Source: Candidatus Spongiisociaceae bacterium
GTDB taxonomy: Bacteria > Actinomycetota > Acidimicrobiia > Spongiisociales > Spongiisociaceae
Direction: 5' to 3'
NCBI GenBank assembly: GCA_965219685.1
Contig: CBDCOH010000002.1
Location: forward strand, 2,464,001-2,528,000
DNA length: 64,000 nt
The position numbers and the translations under genes were made by a program. The notes below the pieces were generated by a model. The model saw nothing but the letters and a program-made list of their open reading frames with translations, made no database searches and was not told the DNA's origin. Shown piece by piece: positions 10,502 through 19,456 of this stretch. The first letter of the stretch is position 1, and the number at the start of each line of letters is the position of its first letter.

Positions 10502-10971
10502 CAGCGGGCCAACTCCCCCGCCATCACCTTGTCCTGGAGGGTGAGGATGCCGTGCATGAGCGACTGCGGACCGGGCGGGCACCCGGGCACGTACACATCC
10601 ACGGGAACTATCTGGTCGACACCCTGGACGAGGGCGTAGTTGTTGAACATCCCCCCGGTGGACGCGCAGGCGCCCATCGATATCACCCATTTCGGATCGG
10701 CCATCTGGTCGTAGACCTGGCGCAGCACCGGAGCCATCTTCTGGGAGACGCGCCCCGCCACGACCATGAGGTCGGCTTGGCGGGGGGACGCCCGGAACAC
10801 CTCCATACCGAACCGCGCCAGATCGTTGTGGGCCGTTCCCGTTGCCATCATCTCGATCGCGCAGCAAGCCAGCCCGAAGGTGGCAGGCCACATCGACCGG
10901 GTCTGTGCCCATCGCATGGCCAGCCCCAGGGTGGTCGTCAGCAAATGTGGAGGGGTTGACAGGCGCGCCAT
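10501..10971 (-). CDS. nuoB: NADH-quinone oxidoreductase subunit B
   Basis: [17 protein letters not shown] and VYVPGCPP motifs. Confidence 0.96.
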   Translation of the reverse strand: MARLSTPPHLLTTTLGLAMRWAQTRSMWPATFGLACCAIEMMATGTAHNDLARFGMEVFRASPRQADLMVVAGRVSQKMAPVLRQVYDQMADPKWVISMGACASTGGMFNNYALVQGVDQIVPVDVYVPGCPPGPQSLMHGILTLQDKVMAGELAR

Positions 10972-11387
10972 CAGGCGGCGTACTCCCTGACGGGCTGAGC
11001 GTCCGCCCGGTACCGGGACCGGCGGGAGACGTTCCAGTCCAGGGCGCCCCGCTTCCACACGTAACCCAGCGTCTCGACGATCAGCAGCGTGAAGAAGGCG
11101 ATGGCGATGACCCCCGGCCATCCGAGGTCACCGAACACCGAAGCCCAGGCGAACAGGAAAATGATCTCGACATCGAAGATCACGAACAGGATGGCGACGA
11201 GGTAGAACTTGACCGGGAACCGCTGGATCGGCTCCGCCTCGGTGACGATCCCGCACTCGTACGGCTCCAGCTTCTCGGGCGTCGGACGCTTGTAGGAGAT
11301 CAGGTAGGAGACCACCAGCGACACGCCGGCAAACGCAGCGGCCAGCACCAACATGACCGCGATTGGGAGATAATCGGAAAGCTCCAA
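10971..11387 (-). CDS. nuoA: NADH-quinone oxidoreductase subunit A
   Basis: [19 protein letters not shown] and WKRGALDW motifs; TTG start. Confidence 0.95.
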   Translation of the reverse strand: MELSDYLPIAVMLVLAAAFAGVSLVVSYLISYKRPTPEKLEPYECGIVTEAEPIQRFPVKFYLVAILFVIFDVEIIFLFAWASVFGDLGWPGVIAIAFFTLLIVETLGYVWKRGALDWNVSRRSRYRADAQPVREYAA

Positions 11388-11410
11388 CCCGCCCCTTCGT
11401 CAGGAATCTC

Positions 11411-11439
11411 AGCCTAGAAACACGGCCCGTCAGTGCCAA
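11411..11439 (-). promoter_or_regulatory. putative sigma-A promoter of the nuo operon
   Basis: Minus strand TTGGCA-17 nt-TAGGCT, ending about 24 nt upstream of nuoA. Confidence 0.55.
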
Positions 11440-11561
11440 AACGACGGCGCCGCCCAAACAGCCCGACGCGGCCTCGAGAGAGGTCGGACACGCTACGCAA
11501 CAAGGGTCAGGTCCCACCAACCGCGCCCACCCCGGACACGCCGGACCGGGACCAGAACACG

Positions 11562-11596
11562 CAACTAGTAACTAACAACTAGCAACCAACAACCAA
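11562..11596. repeat. degenerate heptamer repeat (CAACTAG/CAACCAA, 5 units)
   Basis: caactag taactaa caactag caaccaa caaccaa, just past the 3' end of the DUF2237 gene. Confidence 0.75.
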
Positions 11597-11602
11597 TGTC
11601 TG

Positions 11603-11977
11603 TCAATCCGGAGAGATCGGCGGGGCCTCGTGGGCTCGGAGTTCGGCCAGGCTCGCCCACTCGAGGGTCCGGGCGTGAGTCGCCTCGAGTACCACGTCCG
11701 GCGCCATGCCGGCTTCGTTCGCCTCGACCCACCGGGAGGCACACAGACACCATCGGTCGCCCGCTCTCAGGCCCGGGAAGCGGAAGGCCGGTACCGGGGT
11801 GGACAGATCGTTACCAACCGAACGGGAGAATTCGAGGAACTCGTCGGTGACCACCACGCATACAGTGTGCACACCGTAATCCCGAGCGTCCGTGTTGCAG
11901 CACCCGTCCCGCAGCCACCCGGTCAGCGGGTCGAGCGAGCATTCCTCCAGTTCGCTACCCAGAACATTGCGCGCCAT
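11603..11977 (-). CDS. DUF2237 family protein
   Basis: MARNVLG, PLTGWLRDGCC, GNDLSTP and GDRWCLCA motifs; leaderless-type TATCAT-6 nt-ATG. Confidence 0.88.
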   Translation of the reverse strand: MARNVLGSELEECSLDPLTGWLRDGCCNTDARDYGVHTVCVVVTDEFLEFSRSVGNDLSTPVPAFRFPGLRAGDRWCLCASRWVEANEAGMAPDVVLEATHARTLEWASLAELRAHEAPPISPD

Positions 11978-11989
11978 AGCCACATGATA

Positions 11990-12050
11990 GGTGGCTGGGT
12001 GGCTGGGTGGCTGGGTGGCTGGTGGATGGTGGATGGTGAATAGTGAATGG
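11990..12050. repeat. G-rich tandem repeats (GGTGGCTG x4, then GGTGGAT/GGTGAAT)
   Basis: Read directly from the sequence. Confidence 0.9.
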
Positions 12051-12063
12051 CGGAGCCACGCAC

Positions 12064-12140
12064 CACCACTCACCACTCACCACTCACCACTCACCACTCA
12101 CCACTCACCACTCACCACTCACCACTCACCACTCACCACT
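12064..12140. repeat. heptamer tandem repeat (TCACCAC, ~11 units)
   Basis: Read directly; abuts the stop of the minus-strand gene ending at 12139. Confidence 0.97.
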
Positions 12141-12501
12141 AAAAGCTTTGGCCGAAGCTGGAGATGCCGCGCAGGCCGAGACCCATCATGAATAGGAGGG
12201 CCAGGCCCCAGTAGAGGGTCGGGCGGTGCTCGAACTGCGCCCGGTAGATGTAGACGAACGTGAGAGTCAGCAGGATGACGATGCCGTAGAACATGTGGAT
12301 GCTCCCCGGTTCCAGATCCCGGGCGAACAGAAGCAGACCGATTCCCACCTGGAAGACCATGGCCACCACAGAGAGCAACACCACCCCTTTGAAGATACGG
12401 TCCGGACGGCGCCGTGAGAAGTGGTAGAACAGTCCGGTGACCCCGGCGAGCCCGCACACGATCACTGCCGCCCATCCCAGCCAGGTGTGAATCGATACCA
12501 C
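12139..12501 (-). CDS. hypothetical membrane protein (~4 TM)
   Basis: Four hydrophobic segments; plausible small actinobacterial membrane protein. Confidence 0.75.
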   Translation of the reverse strand: MVSIHTWLGWAAVIVCGLAGVTGLFYHFSRRRPDRIFKGVVLLSVVAMVFQVGIGLLLFARDLEPGSIHMFYGIVILLTLTFVYIYRAQFEHRPTLYWGLALLFMMGLGLRGISSFGQSF

Positions 12502-12514
12502 GGCGCAAACTCCC

Positions 12515-13117
12515 CTACGTGCCGACCCGGCGGTTGCCGTTGATCGCCGGTCGTGCCATGTGGTTTCGAGCCGCCTCGGTCATCGCCGCCGTGAGGTCCG
12601 AGACCTTAACGGGGTCACGGCGTAGATCCCGACCTATCTCGATCTGGACACCTCCGTGCGGCGGGATGTTCACCGGGTTGCAGGGATGGGATCCGCGGAG
12701 ATAGCGCGGTATCAGATCGAGATCGTCAACCACATCGAGACCGGCAACCCGCATGGCCCGGCCCAACCGCGTGGCGAACGGGCGGTTGCTTCCTCCCAGG
12801 GCTACCTGCTCGTTCATGTCGCGGCGGTTCATCCCATGAACCGACAGCACGACCCGGACCCGCCCGAGGAACGCATCCAGAGCGGGCGACTCGGCTCTGT
12901 GGTAGAGAGTGGATGTCAGATGTCCCTCCTTGTCCCTATGGCCCGGTTGCACGACCGCGTACAGGCTCGCACCGATCGCGTCGGCCACCTTCTGGGCGAT
13001 CCTGAACGTGGGTGGCTCTATGCCTCCATGGAGCGCCATCAGACCCAGCGATCCCCGGATGACCACCACCTCGCGTACGTCCTCGTGCGCGAGGAGTTCC
13101 CGGAGGGAGCGTGTCAC
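12515..13117 (-). CDS. poly-gamma-glutamate hydrolase family protein (DUF867/PghP-like)
   Basis: ALHGGIEPPT, HLTST, LSVHG, GSHPCNPVN and GVQIEI resemble the zinc-peptidase motifs of this family. Confidence 0.75.
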   Translation of the reverse strand: MTRSLRELLAHEDVREVVVIRGSLGLMALHGGIEPPTFRIAQKVADAIGASLYAVVQPGHRDKEGHLTSTLYHRAESPALDAFLGRVRVVLSVHGMNRRDMNEQVALGGSNRPFATRLGRAMRVAGLDVVDDLDLIPRYLRGSHPCNPVNIPPHGGVQIEIGRDLRRDPVKVSDLTAAMTEAARNHMARPAINGNRRVGT

Positions 13118-13121
13118 CGGA

Positions 13122-14735
13122 TCACCCCATCAACCGGTCCGAGTACCGCTCACGGATCACCTTCTTGTCGAACTTGCCGGTGCCGGTCTTCGGAACCTCG
13201 TCGACGAACAGATACTCGTCGGGCAGCCACCAGCGGGCGACCTTGCCGGTCAGGTGCTCCGCCAACTCCTCCCCCGACAGCTGCCGCCCTGGAAGCGGCA
13301 CCACCAGCGCAAGCGGTCGCTCCTGCCACTTGGGGTGCGGCACGCCGACCACCGCAGCCTCAGCGACACCGGGATGCCCCATGATGATGTTCTCTACGTC
13401 TATTGACGATATCCACTCCCCGCCGGACTTGATCACATCCTTGGAACGGTCCGTGATCCGGATGTAGCCCTCCGGCGTGATCTTGCACACATCCCCGGTG
13501 CGCAGCCAGCCATCCACCATCGTCTCGCTGGTGCGGGGATCCCGGATGTACTCCGCAGCTGTCCACGGTCCCTGGATGAGCAGTTCCCCGAAGGCCTCAC
13601 CGTCCTGGGGCAGCTCGTTGCCCTCGTCGTCGACGATCTTGACACGCTGGCCGGGGATCGGCAGACCGGCGGTCTCGAGGAAGTCGAGTTGCCGTTCCCA
13701 GTCCCAGGATTCCATCTCGGGTCCGAGGTTGGCGATCGATGCGACAGGATTGGTCTCCGTCATCCCCCAACCCTGGACGACCTTGATACCGCGGCTCCGC
13801 CAGTACCAGTCGATCATTGCCCGAGGAACCGCCGAGCCGCCGCACACGAAGGAACGCACCGAGGAGGTATCGCGGTACGGGTTGGCCTCCAGGTAGTTCT
13901 GCATGCCCAGCCAGACGGTGGGGACCCCGGCCGAGAAGGTCACCCGTTCGGCTTCGATGAGGCCCGCGAGCGCGGGAGCGGAGAGATCGTGACCCGGGTA
14001 GGTGAGCTTGGCGCCCGCCGCGGTCGCCATGAAGGGATAGCCCCAAGCGGCGGCATGGAACATCGGCACCACCGGCATGACGTTGTCCGCCGCGGAGAGT
14101 GGCGTGAAGGCCATATTCGAAATGGTGTGCAGGTACGTGGAGCGCTGCGTGTAGGCCACTCCCTTGGGATTCCCGGTCGTGCCGGAGGTGTAGCAGTACA
14201 TGTGGGGCGACCCTTCGTCCAGCAGCGGCCAGTCGCCGACCGGCTCGGCATCGCAAATGAGGTCCTCGTAACGGATGGCTCCCGGGAGCGAGGTATCGGC
14301 GGGGTCACCGCCCAGCAGGATCCAGTTCGTCACGTTGGGCAGGCTGGGAGCCAACGGCTCAACCAACCCGACGAGGCTTCCCTCCACGAAGACCGCCCTG
14401 TCGCGTCCATGCTCGATGATGTAGTGGATCTGTTCGGGGAAGAGCCGGATGTTCACCGTGTGGCAGATACGCCCGGAGTTGGCGGTCGCCCAGTAGATCT
14501 CGTGGTGAAGGTGGGTATTCCATGCGAGGGTACCCACCGGGTCGCCGGAGTCGATCCCGAGGGCGTCCAGGGCCGCCGCCAGTTTGCGGACCCTGGCATC
14601 CGTCTCCCCGTAGGTGGTCCGGTGGAGTTGGCCATCGGGCCCGACCGACACGATCTCCCGGTGCGGATGGATCCGGACCGCCCGCTCGTACAACGTCGAC
14701 AGGAGGAGCGGGTAGTCCAGCATGTGCGGCGGCAT
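13122..14735 (-). CDS. fatty-acid--CoA ligase (AlkK/DmdB-like)
   Basis: YTSGTTGNPKG, PVVPMFH, QGWGMTE, DRSKDVIKSGGEWISS and GKFDKK motifs. Confidence 0.92.
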   Translation of the reverse strand: MPPHMLDYPLLLSTLYERAVRIHPHREIVSVGPDGQLHRTTYGETDARVRKLAAALDALGIDSGDPVGTLAWNTHLHHEIYWATANSGRICHTVNIRLFPEQIHYIIEHGRDRAVFVEGSLVGLVEPLAPSLPNVTNWILLGGDPADTSLPGAIRYEDLICDAEPVGDWPLLDEGSPHMYCYTSGTTGNPKGVAYTQRSTYLHTISNMAFTPLSAADNVMPVVPMFHAAAWGYPFMATAAGAKLTYPGHDLSAPALAGLIEAERVTFSAGVPTVWLGMQNYLEANPYRDTSSVRSFVCGGSAVPRAMIDWYWRSRGIKVVQGWGMTETNPVASIANLGPEMESWDWERQLDFLETAGLPIPGQRVKIVDDEGNELPQDGEAFGELLIQGPWTAAEYIRDPRTSETMVDGWLRTGDVCKITPEGYIRITDRSKDVIKSGGEWISSIDVENIIMGHPGVAEAAVVGVPHPKWQERPLALVVPLPGRQLSGEELAEHLTGKVARWWLPDEYLFVDEVPKTGTGKFDKKVIRERYSDRLMG

Positions 14736-14863
14736 GAACTCCTCCACAGGTCCCGGGTGGGCCGGCCGACCGTTGCTGCAACGTTTCCGACGGCGCCGCC
14801 CCACCGCCCCGAGATGGTAGCCGCAGCCGGACCCCGCCTCCCGGCGGTTAGTCTGCGGGCATC

Positions 14864-16462
14864 ATGCGCCCCGTATACAGGACCGAGTTGACCCCCCTGT
14901 CCTTCCTCGAGCGCTCCTCGCTCGTGTACCCGGACAAGACGGCGATGGTGGACGGTGACCGGCGGATCACCTACCGGGAGATGGCCGATCAGGCTACCCG
15001 CCTGGCCAACGCCCTGGCAGCCTCCGGGATCGGACCGGGCGACCGGGTGGCCTTCCTCTGCCCGAACATCCCCGAGATGCTGCTGGCCCACTTCGCAGTC
15101 CCGCTGATCGGGGCAGTTCTCGTGGCGGTCAACACCCGCCTGTCCCCCCTGGAGGTCCGCTACATCCTCAGACATTCGGGATGCAAGATGCTGGTCGGGG
15201 AGACGGAGTTGCTGGCGCCCCTCGCCGGGGTGATAGACGATCTCCCGGAACTCCGCGAAGTGGTCTCGGTCGACCGCTCGGGGGCCGGGACCGGATACCC
15301 GACCACGCCGTACCGGCATTTCCTGGCCCGAGGGTCGGATCGTCAACTCCCGTGGACTGTGGACGATGAGGAGCGCACCATCTCGATCAACTACACGTCG
15401 GGAACCACCGGGCGGCCGAAAGGGGTCATGTACACGCACCGCGGGGCCTACCTGAACGCTCTCGGGGAGATCATCCACTCCCGACACTCACCGCGTTCCG
15501 TCTACCTGTGGACGCTTCCCATGTTCCACTGCAACGGCTGGTGCACCACCTGGGGCGTCACGGCGATCGGCGGGACCCACGTATGCCTGCCGCTCATCGA
15601 CCCGGCCGCCATATGGTCGCTCATCGACTCGCAGGGAGTCACCCACTTCAACGCGGCGCCGACCGTACTGATCAGCCTGGTGAACGCGCCCGAAGCGCAC
15701 CCCTTCCCCCGACCGGTGACCATCACCACCGGCGGAGCGCCGCCCAGCCCCACCCTGGTCGAGGCCTTGGAGGAACTCGGGGCGGAGATCGTCCACCTGT
15801 ACGGGCTGACGGAGACCTACGGACCCCACACCGTCTGCGAACTCCAGCCCGGTGTCGAGGACATGCCGGTCACGGAAAGAGCCGCCTTCATGGCTCGCCA
15901 GGGTGTGTCCTACATCATCGCCGACCCCATACGCGTGGTCGATGATGAGATGCAGAACGTCGCGACGGACGCGACCGCCATGGGCGAGGTGGTCATGAGG
16001 GGCAACAACGTGATGAAGGGCTACTTCGAGAGTCCGGAAGCCACCGGCGAGGCCTTCCGGGGCGGTTTCTTCCACTCCGGCGACATCGCCGTATGGCACC
16101 CCGACGGCTACATAGACCTCCGGGACCGCTCGAAGGACATCATCATCTCGGGTGGCGAGAACATATCCACGATCGAAGTCGAGAGGGCGATCGCCAACCA
16201 CCCGGCGGTCCTCGAGTGCGCGGTGGTGGCGGTCCCGCACGAGCGCTGGGGAGAACGTCCCAAGGCCTTCGTGGTCCTCAAGTCCGGCCAGAGCGCAGGG
16301 CCAGGGGAGATCATCGAACATGTGAGAGGGCGCCTGGCCCGCTTCAAGGCGCCGGACTCGGTGGAACTGGTCGAGGCGCTTCCCAAGACCTCGACCGGGA
16401 AGATCCAGAAATTCGTCCTCCGGGACAAGGAGTGGGAGGGCTGGAACCGCCGGATCAACTGA
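14864..16462 (+). CDS. acyl-CoA synthetase (AMP-forming)
   Basis: LTPLSFLER, NYTSGTTGRPKG, LPMFHCNGW and PKTSTGKIQK motifs. Confidence 0.93.
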   Translation: MRPVYRTELTPLSFLERSSLVYPDKTAMVDGDRRITYREMADQATRLANALAASGIGPGDRVAFLCPNIPEMLLAHFAVPLIGAVLVAVNTRLSPLEVRYILRHSGCKMLVGETELLAPLAGVIDDLPELREVVSVDRSGAGTGYPTTPYRHFLARGSDRQLPWTVDDEERTISINYTSGTTGRPKGVMYTHRGAYLNALGEIIHSRHSPRSVYLWTLPMFHCNGWCTTWGVTAIGGTHVCLPLIDPAAIWSLIDSQGVTHFNAAPTVLISLVNAPEAHPFPRPVTITTGGAPPSPTLVEALEELGAEIVHLYGLTETYGPHTVCELQPGVEDMPVTERAAFMARQGVSYIIADPIRVVDDEMQNVATDATAMGEVVMRGNNVMKGYFESPEATGEAFRGGFFHSGDIAVWHPDGYIDLRDRSKDIIISGGENISTIEVERAIANHPAVLECAVVAVPHERWGERPKAFVVLKSGQSAGPGEIIEHVRGRLARFKAPDSVELVEALPKTSTGKIQKFVLRDKEWEGWNRRIN

Positions 16463-16582
16463 GTCGGCACGGGCCCTTGGCGCTGATCCCCCCTCAGCAC
16501 CCATCCGATCCACAATCGCAACGGGCGCTCCCCGCCGTTGTTCCTATCTTGGCGATGCACGCCGTGGATAGCGATCGGGCGG

Positions 16583-16632
16583 AAAACGACAAACCCCGAG
16601 TGAGCCTCTCAGCCCTCTCGGGGTTGCCGTTC
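16583..16632 (-). terminator. intrinsic terminator-like hairpin of the ncRNA candidate
   Basis: AACCCCGAG-AGGGCT-GAGA-GGCTCA-CTCGGGGTT followed by TGTCGTTTT. Confidence 0.7.
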
Positions 16633-17008
16633 GTCTCGCCCGCACCGCTGCCTGAGCACCGGTCCGGCCAAGCCGTCGGAAGCACAGCCCTGAAGCTCGC
16701 TCCCTCCGCCACTCGTCGGCCTGTGGCAGCGCTACCACCTGCTTCCGGGTTGCGGTCTCCGTCGGGAACCGGAGTCCCCGCCGGAAGTGCGTTCCCCTCC
16801 TGGATGCATCGCTGCAACCGCTCAGGTCCCGCCGGGTCCTTCTCGTTCGGCGACCGGAGCCGCTTCCTGATCCGAGCCCTTGCACCCCGCCGAGAGACAT
16901 CGCTGCCGCTCCGCAGAGCGGACCTTTCCTGACTCAACGGCCCGGGTACCGGAGCACCCGTACCACTGATCCTGGTCCGGTCGCCGGTCGGGTTTCCCCT
17001 ACCGGTAT
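16583..17008 (-). ncRNA. candidate large structured non-coding RNA (~430 nt), family not recognised
   Basis: Bounded by a promoter and a terminator. It contains four c(UNCG)g and three GNRA tetraloop hairpins plus long-range helices, and has no credible ORF. Confidence 0.72.
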
Positions 17009-17014
17009 GTAGGA

Positions 17015-17043
17015 AAAGTACGCCCTTCGGGGACGGATAGCAA
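17015..17043 (-). promoter_or_regulatory. sigma-A promoter driving the ncRNA candidate
   Basis: TTGCTA (17043-17038)-17 nt-TACTTT (17020-17015). Confidence 0.7.
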
Positions 17044-17164
17044 GGCTAGGGACCCCAAATATTTCGCGGCTCACCGATTCTTTTCGCGATTGTGGAACGT
17101 CGGCCCGATGCGACAGTTCGCGGAACCCGTCTTTCGGGATAAGCCGCAAGGGAGCACTGGCTTC

Positions 17165-17186
17165 TGTCACGAGTGACCCGTATAGT
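17165..17186 (+). promoter_or_regulatory. RecA-NDp/PafBC-type DNA-damage promoter
   Basis: TGTCAC-N10-TATAGT, ending 7 nt before ATG 17194. Confidence 0.65.
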
Positions 17187-17193
17187 TACAGCC

Positions 17194-18042
17194 ATGTCAT
17201 TAGCCACCAGGACCGATCAGTTACTCGACCGAACTCGAGCGGAGGCCTGCGGCCACGCCGTTGGCGAGACTACCCCTGAACCGAGACCCTCGACACTCGA
17301 GACCCTGTCACCGAGCCGTGCCGCCGATTTCAAGCAATGCCCGCGACTGTTCCGCTTCCGCAGCATCGACCGCATTCCGGAGACCCCGTCCACGTACCAG
17401 GCGCGGGGAACCGCGGCGCATCTGGCTCTCGAGCGATTGTTCGACCTTCCAGCAGCGCAACGTACCGCCGGCCGCCTGTTCGACCTGTTTCGAGAAGCCT
17501 GGACGAGCCTTCGCACGGAGACCGAGTACTCGGGACTGTTCGCGACCCTGGAGGAGGAGCGGGCCTGGGGTATCGAGAGCCTGGGGGTGATCGCCAACTA
17601 CCTGACCCTCGAGGACCCGGTATCGATCAGCCCGCTGGACAGCGAACTCGAGATGTCGGAAGAGGTCGGCGACATAATCATCCGCGGGATCCTCGACCGC
17701 CTAGACGAGCGGCCGGACGGCCACCTCGTGATAACCGACTACAAGACCGGCTCCGCTCCCCCCGAACGCTACGCTCTGACGGCTTTCTTCGCTCTCAAGA
17801 TCTACGCCTTGCTGGTCAGGAGCCGGTTCGGAAGGACGCCGGCGGAGATCCGCCTCATGTACCTCGGCAACTCCACGGTCTACTCGATCCCGGTCAGCGA
17901 CCGGATGCTGGACGGTATGGAACGGCAAATCCTGGCTCTGGCCACAGCGATCAGGCGCGCCATCTCCCGGTACGACTTCCCCCCCAGACCATCGGTCCTG
18001 TGCGGTTGGTGCTCGTTCCAGGACATCTGCCCGGCGTGGTGA
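17194..18042 (+). CDS. RecB-family (Cas4-like) PD-(D/E)XK exonuclease with 4-Cys Fe-S staple
   Basis: LSPSRAADFKQCP, RGILDRLD, ITDYKTG and CGWCSFQDICP motifs; start moved to 17194 on promoter geometry. Confidence 0.9.
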   Translation: MSLATRTDQLLDRTRAEACGHAVGETTPEPRPSTLETLSPSRAADFKQCPRLFRFRSIDRIPETPSTYQARGTAAHLALERLFDLPAAQRTAGRLFDLFREAWTSLRTETEYSGLFATLEEERAWGIESLGVIANYLTLEDPVSISPLDSELEMSEEVGDIIIRGILDRLDERPDGHLVITDYKTGSAPPERYALTAFFALKIYALLVRSRFGRTPAEIRLMYLGNSTVYSIPVSDRMLDGMERQILALATAIRRAISRYDFPPRPSVLCGWCSFQDICPAW

Positions 18043-18156
18043 ATGGTGAGTGGTGAATAGTGAATGGAAAGGTATTCTAGCGTACTAAATCGTTACTATA
18101 AGATCTTATTAGGCGTCCACCACACCAGCTCACCACTCACCACTCACCACTCACCA
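18037..18156. repeat. inverted pair of heptamer tracts (GGTGAAT-type / TCACCAC) flanking an AT-rich core between convergent genes
   Basis: G-rich units at 18037-18067, AT-rich core at 18068-18112, TCACCAC units at 18130-18156. Confidence 0.85.
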
Positions 18157-18157
18157 G

Positions 18158-19456
18158 CTAGGGGTATACGCCACGGACCAGCTTGGCGTCCGCCACCCGT
18201 TTGATGCCCTTCATAAGAGCCGCGGTTCGTAGGTCGACCTTGTGTCTGATGCTCACCTCGAGCACCTCTTCGAAAGCCCGGATCATGATCTCCCGCAGCC
18301 TGCTCACGATCTCGTTCTCGGACCAGAAGTAGTTCTGGAGGTCCTGGACCCACTCGAAGTAGGAGACCGTCACTCCGCCGGCGTTGCAGAGCACATCGGG
18401 CACCACCAGCACACCTTCGTCCTGCAGCGCCTGGTCTGCCTCCAGGGTGGTGGGGTTGTTGGCGCCTTCGAGGATCAGCTTCGCCCTGATCCCGCCCACG
18501 TTGGCGCCCGTGATGACGCTACCGACCGCCGCAGGGATGAGCACGTCGCATTCCAGAGCGAAGAGCTCATCGTGGGTGATGGGATCGGCGCCCGCAAACC
18601 CCGCCACGCCTCCGGTCCGGTCGACATGGCGGGCGAGACGGCCCACTTCCAGACCGTTGCCGTTGTGGATGGCGCCGCTCAGGTCTTCCACCGCGATCAC
18701 TCGGCAGCCCAACTCCGCCGCTGCGATCGCCGCGTAGCGGCCTACGTTCCCGAATCCCTGGATGACCACTCGCGCCCCATCGACCGAGACACCGCACCGG
18801 AGAGCCGCTGACGGGAGCAGGCTGATGATGCCCCGGCCGGTGGCCTCCCGGCGAGCCACCGAGCCGCCGAGCGCGGGGGGCTTCCCGGTCACGACCGCGG
18901 GGACCGCATATCCCTGGTTCTGGCTGTAGGTGTCCATGATCCATGCCATGACCTGCTCGTCGGTTCCCAGGTCGGGGGCCGGGATGTCTTTCTGGGGTCC
19001 GATCATGTCGATCACCTCGGCGGTGTAGCGCCTCGTGACCCGTTGCAGCTCCGTCCTCGACAACTCGTGGGGATTGATCCTCACCCCGCCCTTGGCGCCA
19101 CCGAACGGGAGCCCGACCAGCGCGCACTTCCATGTCATGAGCATTGCCAGCGCGGCCACCTCGCCAAGATTCACATCGGGCGCGTACCTGATCCCACCCT
19201 TGGTGGGTCCCATGGTGAGCACGTGCTGGACCCTGTATCCGAACGCGGTCCGAACCTTCGAGTACTCGTCGGTGCGGTAGGGAAAGGTAACGACCAGCGA
19301 CCGCTGCGGCCTGGAGAGCCTCTCCCGGACGTTGTCGTCGAGATTCATCAGCTCTGCGACCTTCTCGAACTGGGCGGCCGCCTCCCGATACATCGCGGAG
19401 TCCCACTCCATCTCGTCGGTGATCGCGGCGTCATGTCCGGGGCCGGCGAGCGTCAC
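18158..19456 (-). CDS. gdhA: Glu/Leu/Phe/Val dehydrogenase (glutamate dehydrogenase)
   Basis: GPTKGGIRY, GGAKGG, DIPAPD, QGFGNVG and NAGGVTVSYFEWVQ motifs. Confidence 0.93.
   Translation of the reverse strand: MTLAGPGHDAAITDEMEWDSAMYREAAAQFEKVAELMNLDDNVRERLSRPQRSLVVTFPYRTDEYSKVRTAFGYRVQHVLTMGPTKGGIRYAPDVNLGEVAALAMLMTWKCALVGLPFGGAKGGVRINPHELSRTELQRVTRRYTAEVIDMIGPQKDIPAPDLGTDEQVMAWIMDTYSQNQGYAVPAVVTGKPPALGGSVARREATGRGIISLLPSAALRCGVSVDGARVVIQGFGNVGRYAAIAAAELGCRVIAVEDLSGAIHNGNGLEVGRLARHVDRTGGVAGFAGADPITHDELFALECDVLIPAAVGSVITGANVGGIRAKLILEGANNPTTLEADQALQDEGVLVVPDVLCNAGGVTVSYFEWVQDLQNYFWSENEIVSRLREIMIRAFEEVLEVSIRHKVDLRTAALMKGIKRVADAKLVRGVYP

Noticed and set aside
5-11417. Long plus-strand ORFs opposite the nuo operon (and similar antisense ORFs elsewhere, e.g. 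53936-55948)
   Set aside because: Typical stop-poor antisense frames of high-GC genes with no recognisable domains.
12064-12140. Heptamer tracts as CRISPR arrays, with the RecB nuclease as cas4
   Set aside because: There are no unique spacers, no 23-47 nt repeats and no cas1/cas2; the nuclease fits the stand-alone actinobacterial RecB family.
16583-17008. ncRNA candidate as RNase P RNA, tmRNA, SRP RNA or a riboswitch
   Set aside because: AGGAAAGGTCC only resembles the RNase P GAGGAAAGUCC and the 3' P4 partner is missing. There are no tRNA-like ends and no SRP helix-8 motif, and no downstream gene on that strand for a riboswitch to control.
16093-17170. ORF-track ORFs across the 16.5-17.2 kb gap
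   Set aside because: Arg/Pro/Gly/Ser-rich shadow translations with no motifs; RNA structure explains the region better.
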